Below are positions 41,438 through 54,250 of a stretch of DNA of 64,000 nucleotides, piece by piece. The notes under the pieces were generated by a model. The model was not told the origin of the DNA, made no database searches, and worked only from the letters and a program-made list of their open reading frames with translations. Both the position numbers and the translations under genes were made by a program. The stretch comes from Octopus sinensis (lineage: Eukaryota), in assembly GCF_006345805.1 (NCBI RefSeq), contig NC_042997.1, positions 26,784,001 to 26,848,000 on the forward strand, given 5' to 3'. Position 1 is the first letter of the stretch; every line of letters begins with the position of its first letter.

Positions 41438-43329
41438 ATAGAGAGAGAGGAAGAGGGAAAGATACATGCACACACATATATGTATGTATTTTGAAACATA
41501 CTTAGTTATACATCAACATATATACACATTTAAGTGTTGAGTCTGAGACTGGTACAGTCAAGCACTGGGAAGCATAACGACACAAAATCATATTTCAAGT
41601 GCGCACACTCCTCCGTTGAATGCAATGGACGCAACAAATTACCTAAACATATCGCTTCTGTTAGTGTTATATTATTTCCTGTGAGTATATTATGGCATTC
41701 TAGTTTGATATATTTTATAACGGTGCAGTAATAAAACGTAGAATCCTAATGTATTTGAAATACACTGCCTTTCATTTGTTTTTCTTGCACTTTTATATTC
41801 TGTGTGTCAGCTACAGCATAATCCTTTTCTGTAGTTTATCAGCTTACACAACGTTAGCCTCGTCACTGTATAATTAATAGCAAGAGTAACAACAACAACA
41901 ACAACAGTGCAGCAAAAACGCATTAACCATAATAATGAAGAGAGCAACAGCAGTAACGAAAGTAGGCTGGCGCAACGGCAATCATATCGAAATATTGCTG
42001 ACACTGAACAGTTAATAATTTCCTTTAGAAAAGATTATATAGAATGAGATGGCATGCAATACGCCAGCTAGCAACTATAATATTCCATCAAACAGCACAT
42101 GCAAAAGAAGCTGCAGTTCACAAAATTGATAGTTATTAATCAACTAAAAGCACGTTAGTCATATTTCAAATAATCTTTCTTTAAGTGTGCCAAACAAGGT
42201 CGACCTGAGCTTGTTTTACTTTCTTTCATCTCTTGAAATTTCTGGTGGGACGATAATGTAAGTGACTAATCGGTATAAAATCTATGTAAATCTTTCATTA
42301 ATATGTTTGTTGTAACAGGTTTTCATTTTGTTTCGTTGTGTGCTAGTTTTATTTCAATAAATACGAGAAGGCTACTTCTGGTTCGATATTAAGCTTGTTT
42401 ATTGTTAACTTGGTTACAATACTTTATTGTAAAACATCAAGCTTCTTATTTCCTAGTTTATATATATCAAATAATTTGTTATTTTAAACGTTAATAAAAC
42501 GGAGAAAAGCCCAAGGTCTTCATACTTTAGTGTATGATTGAATATATAAAAGAAAAAATCCAAATATCATTTAGTCGTAACCTATAGTGTTGTACGAAGA
42601 GGGTGAAGGTTTTTCATAAAAGTATGTGTTTAAATCTTATAAGTGATAAGTTTGCGTTAATGTATTAAAAACCATGCTTAATTTCATATAAACAATTACA
42701 AACCGCAAAATCATATCTATTATATTTCCACTTCAGAAACAATTTACAATTAGGAAATTTATTTTTAATTATTTACTTATTTCCTAATAGACACCAAAAG
42801 AGAATGAATTTTACATGAAAATATTCCTTTAAGCTAGATCAAAATTAATTTTGTATTTCTATAGCACTGTGAAAAAATAACAGAACAAAGATGTTGAGAC
42901 GCCTAACAATAGATTAAAGGTTTTGAGCTTATCCTGATAACAGACTAAATATGTTAAACTAACAGAATTCTTTCTGCTTCATTGCGATTAGAACAACGCA
43001 GATTTTCACAATCAGAAACTAATATTATTTCATTATTTGACTGGTTTCAGAGGAAGGAAATTATTATAAACGTTCGATCATTGAATAGAATGGTTTACTC
43101 TCATGGTTCCGGCTCTTTACACTCTGTGATCAAATCCCGCTGCGGTCAGTTTCACCTTGCACAAACCTTCAGGTTTGATAAAATAAAATACCAGGGAAGT
43201 ACTGAGTTCGAAGGTGCCGACTAGCAAAACCTCTTCAAACAGGTTTCCCTTTCTACGTAAATTTGAAATTACTATTTTATTAGTGTCAATCACTGGCCGT
43301 CGAAAATGCTGTAAAACCACATACAAGTG

Positions 43330-44430
43330 TTTTAGTCGGTTATCCCTTTCCTAGTACTGATTCCGTAGAGCAGTTTGTCATAACTTTTGGTTTCTCTACA
43401 CTTATCTCCATTCCAAATTCATTGGAGGTCTTGTCTAGACGCTCTACTAATCGTTTCAATTCCTGTTCTGAATCCGCCACTCCGACAATATCATCTGCAA
43501 AGCGCAGGTTTGTTAGGTTTCTCACTCTTACTTCCTGTCTCTGTTGTACCTGTATTTCAAAGGGCCGGCCTTGTCACTCTCTGTGTCACGCTGAATATCC
43601 CGGAGAACTACGTTAAGGGTACACGTGTCTGTGGAGTGCTCAGCTACTTACACGTTAATTTCACGAGCAGGCTGTTCCATTGATTCGGATCAACCGGAAC
43701 CCTCGTCGTCGTAACCGACGGAGTGCTTCCATTTACTCTCCTGGTTCCGGCTCTTTACACTCTGTGATCAAATCCCGCTGCGGTCAGTTTTACCTTTCAC
43801 ACCTTCAGGTTTGATAAAATAAAATACCAGGGAAGTACTGAGTTCGAAGGTGCCGACTAGCAAAACCTCTTCAAAAAGGTTTCCCTTTTCTATGTAAATC
43901 TGAAATTACTATTTTATTAGTTTCAATCACTGGCCGTCGAAAATGCTGTAAAACCACATACAAGTGTTTTAGTCGCTTATCCCTTTCGTAGTACTGATTC
44001 CGTAGAGCAGTTCGTCATAACTTTTGGCTTCTCTACGCTTATCTCCATTCCAAATTCATTGCAGGTCTTATCTAGACGCCCTACTAGTCGTTTCAACTCT
44101 TGTTTTCTGAACCCGCTACTCCGACAATATCATCTGCAAAGCGCAGGTTTGTTAGGTTTCTACGACCAATGCTAATCGTGGCATTGTGGTCTTCCAGTGC
44201 ATTGGTCATAATCCTCTCCAGGAAAATGTTGGCGAGAGCGAGCAGCCTTGGCTTACACTGTTTGTTGTTTTGGACCACTCGCCAAAGCTGCCCTTCACAC
44301 AAACCGCTCTAGTGGCTTTAATGATGTTATATAGACTCATGGTTGGCCAGACTGCTGCATGCTACATCCTGGCAAATACCTTTTTGGAGTCCGCAAACAC
44401 ATACAAGCGTTTTTGTTGGTGCTGAAGATA
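43330..44430 (-). mobile_element. RTE-clade LINE RT fragment, partly duplicated
   Basis: ANIFLERIMTNALEDHNATISIGRRNLTNLRFADDIVGVAG; upstream LQHQQKRLYVFADSKK resembles the RTE FIDFKKAFD region. LRFADD occurs twice (ORFs 43340-43525 and 44093-44302). Confidence 0.88.
43523..43731 (+). mobile_element. 5'-truncated SINE family B (3' 209 bp)
   Basis: cactcttacttcctgt...aaccggaaccctcgtcgtcgtaaccgacggagtgcttcca is the reverse complement of the 14653-14870 region. Confidence 0.9.
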
Positions 44431-44469
44431 GCGCTCACATAGAATTCTTAAATTCAGTTTAATCTTTTA

Positions 44470-44770
44470 CTCTTTTAGTCTTTTACTTGTTTCAGTCATT
44501 TGACTGCGGCCATGCTGGAGAACCGCCTTTAGTCGAATACATCGACCCCAGGACTTATTCTTTGTAAGCCTAGTACTTATTCTATCGGACTATTTTGCCG
44601 AACTACTAAGTTACGGGGACGTAAACACACCAGCATCGGTTGTCAAGCGATGTTGGAGGGAAAAACACAGACACATATACACGCACATACATATACATAT
44701 ATACGATGGGCTTCTTTCAGTTTCCGTCTACCAACCCGGAACCATATAGTTCGCAAGCAGGCTACTTACC
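44470..44770 (-). mobile_element. SINE family A with an internally deleted head
   Basis: cttttactcttttagtcttttacttgtttcagtcatttgactgcggcc... internal microsatellite ...ctttcagtttccgtctaccaacccggaacc. Confidence 0.85.
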
Positions 44771-45061
44771 ACAAAAAATTATTAAGAAGCGTGTCCTATG
44801 AAGATAATCTTATAAAACATTAAAACGACGTGATGATGTTTAGAGACTCCCTGATCGATGAGTTTCAATCAAACTGTGATGAAATTTACACTGTACTAGA
44901 TTGGGGGTTGTTACACGTATTACCGGTACAGGTTAAGTCCGTACAGTGGAGAGGAGTTTTCACTATGCATATAATCAGCCGATCTACAAAGCGTTTGTCA
45001 GTCATTCTGTCTATCTGTCTGCCTCTGTCCCTCACTCGTTCACTCTCTCTTCCAACCACTA

Positions 45062-45084
<23 letters not shown>

Positions 45085-45092
<8 letters not shown>

Positions 45093-45317
45093 GTATGGGG
45101 TCCCGGGGTTGATCCGGGGTTAACCACAGTAAGTAAGGTTACTCAATACATAGCAGAGTAAAATTAATTTATTATATGAGGAGCTTCTACAGGACTAGTA
45201 CTGTTTCATTCAAGAGAAATCTCAGGAAGCCTGAAGATTTCTCTTGAATGAAACAGTACTAGTCCTGTAGAATGAAACAGTACTAGTCCGTAGAAGCTCC
45301 TTCTATATAATAAATTA

Positions 45318-45320
<3 letters not shown>
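45085..45320. mobile_element. Short fold-back insertion in (AT)n carrying a hammerhead-like core (Penelope-type end)
   Basis: Perfect 38-bp arms at 45185-45222 and 45235-45272. Plus-strand CTGAAGA-tttctcttgaat-GAAAC-agtacta-GTC at 45231-45264. Confidence 0.65.
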
Positions 45321-45360
<40 letters not shown>

Positions 45361-45539
45361 CGCGCGCTCGCGCTCACGGGTTTGAATGTAGGTGGACGTG
45401 TGGACGTACATATACATGTGAATATATGTGTAGCCGTACATATATACGCACGCACATACATTCATACACACACACATTATATATATAATGTATGTGTATC
45501 TACGTATGTATATTAATATGTGTGATTGTGTGTACGCGC

Positions 45540-45917
45540 ACATATATATATAATATATATATACATAAAATTATATATATACGTAATAAATATATATATA
45601 TATATATTAAATATGTATATATATAAAAATACATATAGATATTAAATATAAATACATATATATATATAATATATATATATATATATTATATATATATATA
45701 TATATATGTATATAAATAAATATATATATATAGATACATATATATATATATACAAATATATCTATATATATATATATATAATATATATAAGTATATATGT
45801 ATATGTATATAAATATGTATATATATGTATATAAACATATACATATATATACATACATATATACACGCATATATATACATACATATACGCATGTATATAT
45901 ATACAGATATATATATG

Positions 45918-45967
<50 letters not shown>

Positions 45968-46015
45968 TGTATGTGTCTGTGTATGTGTGTTTGCATGTGT
46001 GTGTGTGTGTGTATA
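45540..46015. repeat. Compound (AT)n/(ATAC)n/(GT)n block
   Basis: Directly visible. Confidence 0.9.
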
Positions 46016-46800
46016 ATTTAGCTGAAACTAATTTCTAACCGGGAAAACCTAAAAACATACATCTTCAGTGAGAGACCTTTTGTCTACATATTGTGCAACG
46101 CCAAGTCTGTTATTTCGGCGTGTACATATTTTTTTTTTTAAGGCAACCGGACGTGAATTGGGGGAAAATTCAGTAACTCTTTTTAGCATGTCGGGCAATG
46201 ACACAGATATTTCGTCGTCAGCTTCGGAAAATTATTCTTGGTGTATTATTTCTCTAACCAAAATGACAAGAGTTTTAACGATCTAGTTCAACTGAGGGCA
46301 ACTTCTACGCAACAAATTATCCCTAGAAGCACAATTTGCGTATAAGTGCATGCGTTTTTATATGTGTAGGTATGCGTGAGCGTGCGTATTTTTGTCTGTG
46401 TATTAGAAAAGCGCACAGGAAAAATCTTGATTGTTGTGTTCATACACACTGTAAGTGCGTATTCATCACAGACATTTTGATAACACTGCTTTAATTACTG
46501 CAATTAGCTATTCTAGCTATTCGATAATTTACTCATTAAATTAGGTTTTCCTTGAACTTTGCGATTACAATTATAGAAGTGTCTCGCCTGTGTCAGGAAA
46601 AAAAATGGGTTTCTAGTCATATAAAATAAAGGCGGAAAAAAAAAAAACCATTTGACATTATGATTTTCGTTAAAAGTCAACATGCTACTATCATAACAAC
46701 TGTTGATATAGGTAACGAAGTAAATTTGTAATATTATAGGCCTTTTTTTCTCGCAAAAACATGCACATACGCTCACACAAGCGCATTATGATATGTACAC

Positions 46801-46841
<41 letters not shown>

Positions 46842-46846
46842 CTTTA

Positions 46847-46887
<41 letters not shown>

Positions 46888-46909
46888 TATATATGTATGT
46901 ATATATATG

Positions 46910-46949
<40 letters not shown>

Positions 46950-46985
46950 ATATATGTGAGTGTGTGTGTGTGTTTAACCATGTAA

Positions 46986-47027
<42 letters not shown>

Positions 47028-47657
47028 TCGTGTGTGTGTGCGTGTGTGTGTGTTTGTGTATGCGTGTGTGTGTGTATGTATGTGCGTGTGTTTGTGTGTG
47101 TGTGTGTGGTGTGTGTGTGTGTGTGATAAGGAATTAGTAATCCAGGCAAAATACTTCTTAAGCTTTCTGTAGATAAAATTACACCATGGTAATAGCAAAA
47201 CAGTCTTGTGTTCGATATAAATATATACGCGCGCGCGCGTGTGTGAAATTTCTGAATACTTGGCAAGATTTGCCGTCGCACATTTAGAACAATATTTCAC
47301 AATTTCTGTAATGGACAGAATTAATTGGATAGACGTGCGAAATTGCTCCCGAAATCTGATTAGATAACATTCCGACATCTCACCTGAAGCATGCCTGCTA
47401 TTCATCGTGTGACGAGCAATAGTGTGGTGTCGAAGGGAAGGTATTAAAGTTAATTTTCATTACTTAACCGTTATATGATTGTCTACAATAAAACTTCTAA
47501 ATTCTATAATACATCCACTTTAATGTTTTCCTACCCAACACTAAGAGACATCTGTATTTGCCATTTATTAAAATTACCGAAGAAAGTTTTATTTACTGTG
47601 TCAGGAAAAGTTGATATATGCGTTTGTATTATATGCAGTTTATATATATACCACTAA

Positions 47658-47868
47658 GACGGCGAGCTAAAAGAAACGTTAGCACGCCGGACGAAATGCT
47701 TTGCGGTATTTCGTCTGTCTTTACGTTCTAAGTTCAAGTTCCTCCGAGGTTGACATTGCCTTTCAGCCTTTTGGGGTCGATAAATTAAGTACCAGTTGCG
47801 TACTGGTGTCGACTTAATTGACTGGCCCCCTCCCCCAAAATTTAGGGCCTTGTGCCTAGAGTAGAAAA

Positions 47869-47870
<2 letters not shown>
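47658..47870 (+). mobile_element. SINE family C
   Basis: gacggcgagctaaaagaaacgttagcacgcc...ggggtcgataaattaagtaccag...gggccttgtgcctagagtagaaaag. Confidence 0.88.
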
Positions 47871-47910
<40 letters not shown>

Positions 47911-47916
<6 letters not shown>

Positions 47917-48417
47917 GGCCTTGTGCTTCGGGTGTCGAAATCAGGATCGCTAGACCGTAGGTGTGATTCCCAAACCTGGTGGTGCTTTGTGTTCATGAAC
48001 AAATAATTTTATTTCACGTGGCTGTTGTCCCTTTTTTTTTATCAGCGGAGAAAGTTGGTTATACGCCAGCCAGCGGGGTTGCATCATTCGAAGGCTAAAA
48101 CAATGCAAAGCGCATTTGACTAATGATGTGTAACAATATCTGATTGTCTGGGTCCGTTCAAGATATAAATATATATACACCACTTTCTCTTTCACCCTCC
48201 CTCTGTGTGATATATATATATATATATATATATAGTTATAATGAGGATATTTAAACCTCTCATAGGTGTATTTTATCGAAAGTAACACTGATATAATATA
48301 TTATATTTTGAAGAGATATTTCTTCAATGAATATACAAAATATCGTAAAATATCAATCATTATTATCGAGTTAGAAAACAGGGATACAAATTAGTTCATT
48401 AGTATACATTAGGTCTG

Positions 48418-48453
<36 letters not shown>

Positions 48454-48456
48454 CCC

Positions 48457-48505
<49 letters not shown>

Positions 48506-49024
48506 AACTAGGCCTTGTGCTTCGGGTGTCGAAATCAGGATCGCTAGACCGTAGGTGTGATTCCCAAACCTGGTGGTGCTTTGTGTTCATGAACAAATAA
48601 TTTTATTTCACGTGGCTGTTGTCCCTTTTTTTTTATCAGCGGAGAAAGTTGGTTATACGCCCAGCCAGCGGGGTTGCATCATTCGAAGGCTAAAACAATG
48701 CAAAGCGCATTGTGACTAATGATGTGTAACAATATCTGATTGTCTGGGTCCGTTCAAGATATAAATATATATACACCACTTTCTCTTTCACCCTCCCTCT
48801 GTGTGATATATATATATATAATATATATATATTATATAGTTATAATGAGGATATTTAAACCTCTCATAGGTGTATTTTATCGAAAGTAACACTGATATAA
48901 TATATTATATTTTGAAGAGATATTTCTTCAATGAATATACAAAATATCGTAAAATATCAATCATTATTATCGAGTTAGAAAACAGGGATACAAATTAGTT
49001 CATTAGTATACATTAGGTCTGTTT

Positions 49025-49056
<32 letters not shown>

Positions 49057-49064
49057 GTATCCCT
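47911..49064. repeat. Tandem duplication with a period of about 594 bp, bounded by (AT)n
   Basis: Units start aaactaggccttgtgcttcggg at 47911 and 48505; only indel differences were seen. Confidence 0.92.
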
Positions 49065-49074
49065 ATATATATAT

Positions 49075-49117
<43 letters not shown>

Positions 49118-49118
<1 letters not shown>

Positions 49119-49428
49119 GAGCACTCCGTCGGTTGCGACGACGAAGGTCGAACAGCTTGCTCGTGAAATTAACGTGCAAGTGGCTGAGCACTCCACAAAC
49201 ACCTGTATCCTTAACTTAGTTCTCGGGGAGATTCAGCGTGACACAGTGTGTGAAATTGTGAAATACAGCTACTTTGAAATACAGGTACTACTCATTTTTG
49301 TCAGCTGAGTGGACTGGAACAACGTGAACTAAAGTGTCTTGCTCAAGGACACAACACGCTGCCGGGAATTGAACTCACGACCTTACGATCATGAGCCGAA
49401 TTCCCCTAACCACTAAGCCACGCACCTT

Positions 49429-49431
<3 letters not shown>
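49118..49431 (-). mobile_element. tRNA-derived SINE sharing the family B 3' tail but with a different head and middle (OR2-like)
   Basis: rc head gaaggtgcgtggcttagtggttagggg...gatcgtaaggtcgtgagttcaattcccggcag; tail ...cgtcgtcgcaaccgacggagtgctcc. Confidence 0.85.
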
Positions 49432-49459
<28 letters not shown>

Positions 49460-49771
49460 AGATGTATCTATGTATGCATGTATGTATGTATGCATGTATG
49501 TCAGCAGGTATATCTGTATGTATGAATTCAAAACATAATATGAAAGAAAACGTAGACGCTAACAGAAAGTTATTTGGTTTGTAATTTATTGTTTTACATC
49601 GATGAGATTGAAAATTCTCAGGTTTTTAAAAACTATGAATCGGCCATAAATCTATTTAAATGTATGACTAAGAATTATTTTTTGTTATATGTCATAAGAG
49701 CAACACTGAAATTGTCTCTACGCAAGAAATCATTATATATATATATCGTTCGGAACAGTAAATTTGAATTT

Positions 49772-50503
49772 TTTTCCTTTTGAACGGCAGTTTTCAACAC
49801 AATTTCTAGTTAACAAAACACTTTTAAACTTCGTATACTGGTAGGTGTCAAAATAAAACATTTTTTTCTCTTGGCTTTCTTGAGAAAATTGTAATTTGTA
49901 AATTTAACGTAGTTTAATTTTTCGAATTTTAACCAATCGATTGCCTCTATTTAGCTAAAATCATTTGCTGCGTCTAAAACTGAGACAACATCCTGTCACT
50001 GACCCTAACCCTAACCCTAACCCAAACCCTAACCCTAACCCTAAATTTTAGCTTTTCGTTTTTTTTAAATTGTTAAATTAATTTAATTGTTACACGTGTG
50101 TCTAAAATTATTCGTTTTGTTTTTGTTTTGAGATACACGTGTATTGTTTAAACTATTTTCCATTGCTTAAGAAAAAAAACGAAAGGCTAAAACGAAAGCA
50201 ATGGAAAATAATTTAAACAATTAACAAACAAAATAATTCTATAATTTTATACACACTCTTTCCGAACGTAAACATAACAGTGACAGGATGTTGTCACAGT
50301 TTTAGACGCAGCAAATGATTTTAGCTCAATAGAGACGATTCAGTGGTTAAAATTCGAAAAATTAAACTACAAACAATTTACAATGTTTTCAAGAAAGCCA
50401 AGACAAAAAAATGTTTTATTTTGACACATTCTACCAGTATACGAAGTTTTAAAGTGTTTAGTTAACTAGAAATTGTGTTGAAAACTGCCGTTCAAAAGGA
50501 AAA
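49772..50503. mobile_element. Palindromic MITE-like element, inverted arms of about 230 bp, internal (CCCTAA)7
   Basis: 49772-50001 pairs with 50278-50503. Telomere-type repeat at 50003-50044 (one unit is cccaaa). Confidence 0.85.
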
Positions 50504-51620
50504 GATCCGTAAAGTTCAAAATCATTAGAGTTTATGACCTTCAATGTTCATTAAAATCAAGATCGGTTCAGGGTTCAAATTGTGTCGTGCTTAAATTTGA
50601 TTTTCTCCTAAGCATTAGTTTTGCTACGCAAACTTAATTTTAAAAGATTACATTTCTTTTGAGAATCGCAAAAAACTACCTCAGGTTCGTTGTTTTATAT
50701 TCTACACCAGGAAATAATTTTAACCGAATTGATATTCTATACAGTAATCAACATATTCAATATACAACCACTTATTATCATATATGTACAAGGAAGCGAA
50801 CTGGCATCATCGCTAGCACACAGGGCCAAATATTTAGCGGTATTTCGCCCGTCTTTAGGTTCTCAGTAGAAATAATTTCGAGCTCGACTTTGCCTTTTAT
50901 AATTTTGTGGTCGATAAAATAAGTACCAGTTAATCACAGGGTCGAATTCATCGACTTACACCTCCGTTGAAATTACTGATCTTGTGCCGAAATTTGAAAC
51001 CAATATTAAATATGTGCAAAGTAGTTTTCCTCTATTATCGCCCCTTCCCATGCAAATGTGTCAGTGTTAAAAATTAATATTTATTACTTGTCGGAAATTC
51101 CGTAAATCAGTAGAGTTCAGGATTGAATACTTTGTCATATTTAATTCCGTCGTTTTACATGCTCGAAATCAATCCCACCGAAGTATTTTATCTTGAGTAT
51201 TCCTGTTTTGATATATATATATATATATATAACATAAGTACTCACTACGTATCTGGATCGATACAATCGACTATTTTCTTCCCTTAAGTATTAAAATATA
51301 GTTTTCAGAGTTAGACATTGATATTTATTAATGTGAGGAAAGCAGAAAATAAGTGAATGTAGATAGAAATTCTAAATTCCTTGCAACATTTAGTTACATT
51401 TTACTGGATTCTGAGTTCAGATACGACTGAGGTCAACCTTAACAAATCCTTCAGGGAACAATAAATTGAACACCAGCATAAAAGGAAGAATCAATTCAAC
51501 CAAAGTGTATGCCATCCTACATATACTTAAAATTATGATATTGCATGAATAATTATTTCTGATTCTGCTTATATACAAATGTATTGTTATTGTTCTAATA
51601 AGAATATCATCTAAAGTTTA

Positions 51621-51844
51621 TACGATGAGGTGCTGAAAATTTCTTGGCTTTAAGGATGTGTCACAAAAGGCCTGGCTGGAGGCCCAAACTTACAAGTTCT
51701 TTTACAGAGTTTAGAAGACCTGAATGACCGCTGCAATATGTGTGTGAATCTGAAGGGGGGAATATGTTGAATAAAATCATAATTAACTGATCCTCCTGTA
51801 TTTTCTTTTATCCAAAGCCAGAAGCTTTTCAGCACATCCTGGTA
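51621..51844 (+). mobile_element. Mini mariner derivative (TA...TA, TIRs, C-terminal remnant)
   Basis: TIR tacgatgaggtgctgaaaatttcttggcttt / aaagccagaagcttttcagcacatcctggta. Internal LQSLEDLNDRCNMCVNLKGEYVE*. Confidence 0.8.
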
Positions 51845-51890
51845 TGTATTCGCCGCATTTATTTAATAGAGATATGCATAACATTTGGTC

Positions 51891-52799
51891 AGAACTTATT
51901 CACATAGAAACCATAATCACACTTCTGCTTTCATTCCGAAGACAAAGGGTTCCATCCATTCATAAGCATTTAGTACCATTTACCTGGAAGAATATGGTTT
52001 TCTCCAGGAGTCGGCACTTTAGGAGGGCTTGCATTGCTTGGGAGGCAATGCATATAAGCTGGCTTGCAATGTGTGGGAAATTTCACAAAGGTAATGTGTA
52101 CCACCTCAGCTTACACGATATGAAATTGTTGTGGATGGTGTTTTGTTGTTAATGGTAGTGATGAATATTGTTGTAGTGGCGGTAGTAGATGTTGTGGAGG
52201 TGGTGGTGTGAGTGGTATTTTTCAACCACATATATCAGTATTTCTCAAGCAGATAAAAAGCGTTCTAAATGTTTCAAATCAGTTTCTACAAAAGCATTTC
52301 TACATTGTATCTGAACTGCTAAAAAGAACTGTCAACTCTCTACAAGACCACGCTCTGCTCTTCTAAAATTATAATGTTAGAATTACACCGTATCTACGAA
52401 AAAAAAACTGATTTGAAACATTTAGAACGCTTTTTATCTGCTTGAGAAATACTGATATATGTGGTTGAAAAATACCACTCACACCACCACCTCCACAATA
52501 TCTACTACCGCCACTACAACAATATTCATCACTACCATTAACAACAAAACACCATCGACAACAATTTCATATCGTGTAAGCTGAGGTGGTACACATTACC
52601 TTTGTGAAATTTCCCACACATTGCAAGCCAGCTTATATGCATTGCCTCCCAAGCAATGCAAGCCCTCCTAAAGTGCCGACTCCTGGAGAAAACCATATTC
52701 TTCCAGGTAAATGGTACTAAATGCTTATGAATGGATGGAACCCTTTGTCTTCGGAATGAAAGCAGAAGTGTGATTATGGTTTCTATGTGAATAAGTTCT
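51891..52799. repeat. Near-perfect inverted repeat, 395-bp arms, 119-bp spacer
   Basis: 51891-52285 is the reverse complement of 52405-52799. Two mismatches seen: 52133/52557 and 52191/52499. Confidence 0.95.
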
Positions 52800-53587
52800 T
52801 GAGAATTTCTTAGTATAATTGTTAACTTACCATTTCGTGATCTATCTTAGCAGTATTTCTCTCTTTATTGAATAGTCCTATAAATTTAATAATTTGGGTC
52901 TATATTTTACTTAATTTAAATTATTTAAGAAAAATATCTTCTGAATATCTTCTCAATATTAGATTTAACCCTTTTATTATTTTCAGGTATGGTATATTTA
53001 ATACTATATTACCCGTTATAATGTTTCTTGTTCGGACGGTATAATGTTAGGTAAGATTATATTTCTTGGTTAGTTTTAACAGGTGAAGCAACCATGTAGC
53101 AATCTACTCGTTGGTTCACAATTTATAATAAATTATATTCCGACATGCTTCGCAAATGAGTAAATAAATAGATTAAATAAATAAAAGACTTCTACTCGAT
53201 TAACGTAACATCCCCAAATGTTTTGCACATGGTAACAACCGCAGTATAAAGTTACAGAGAAGGTCATCGTGTATGGTGTCTGATATTATGGGAAAGTTTA
53301 TAGATACTTCCGCTCCGTTGCAATTCGGAAATGGGTGGGGATTTTGGATGTATAGATAAAATATTTTGGTGAGAAATCAAAATAAAACCGAGATCATTTT
53401 ATCAAAATTTGAAACCCATTCTATCTTACTATCAAATTTTGGAATGATTATAAGCAATAAAATACTTAGCTAACATACAGCAACAGAAACAACAACAAAA
53501 GCAAAGTATTACCTATCTTAAACATTTTAAAGATATTATTAGATTAAATATCAAGGAATGTTAATGGTATTTTTAGAATAATTATAT

Positions 53588-53639
<52 letters not shown>

Positions 53640-53999
53640 ATATATATATAACTAGACATCAAATTAACAGAACATCGAAACGAAAATAACAGAAAATGAT
53701 TTATGTGTATACAAAGCAATGTGGAATACAAAAATAATAAAAAGTGATAAATTATAAATATACATAGATTTAAAAATATTTATTTTCAAATACACATGTA
53801 AGCATTTCACAAGACCTATTTCAAACTTTGAAGTAATTCAAGAATTCGCACAGAAAATTCTTTAAATACCAAATACTTTCTGCTCTCTCTTTCCCTCCCC
53901 CACTCTCTCTCTCTGTTTTTCTCCCGTACATATATATTTCTCCGCATCTCTCTCATACTTCTTTGTGTCTGAGAAATATATAAAGAGACGTGTGCATTT

Positions 54000-54250
54000 T
54001 TTCTGCACCTGATCTCATTCTAGAAAAACAATAGTTACAAACTGCATGGCGCCCATCGACATACTTCTAAATGCCCTCGCCAGCGATGTAACACCTTTCA
54101 AAACATCTTATGTACATCTCTTAGAGTAATATATTGCATCATCTGCAAATGTTTGCACACAGAATACACCGGAAGAGTTATGAAGTCGCCATGCAAATAG
54201 GTTTTGCGATCACATTCCAATCCCCTTACTATTGTCTTAGGCCAACGCAT
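54000..54250 (-). mobile_element. Possible decayed LINE RT fragment
   Basis: rc frame VQTFADDAIYYS contains a FADD motif; the surrounding sequence is not convincingly alignable by eye. Confidence 0.3.

Noticed and set aside
50003-50044. Telomere or chromosome-fusion site
   Set aside because: Only 7 units in one orientation, embedded in a MITE-like element.
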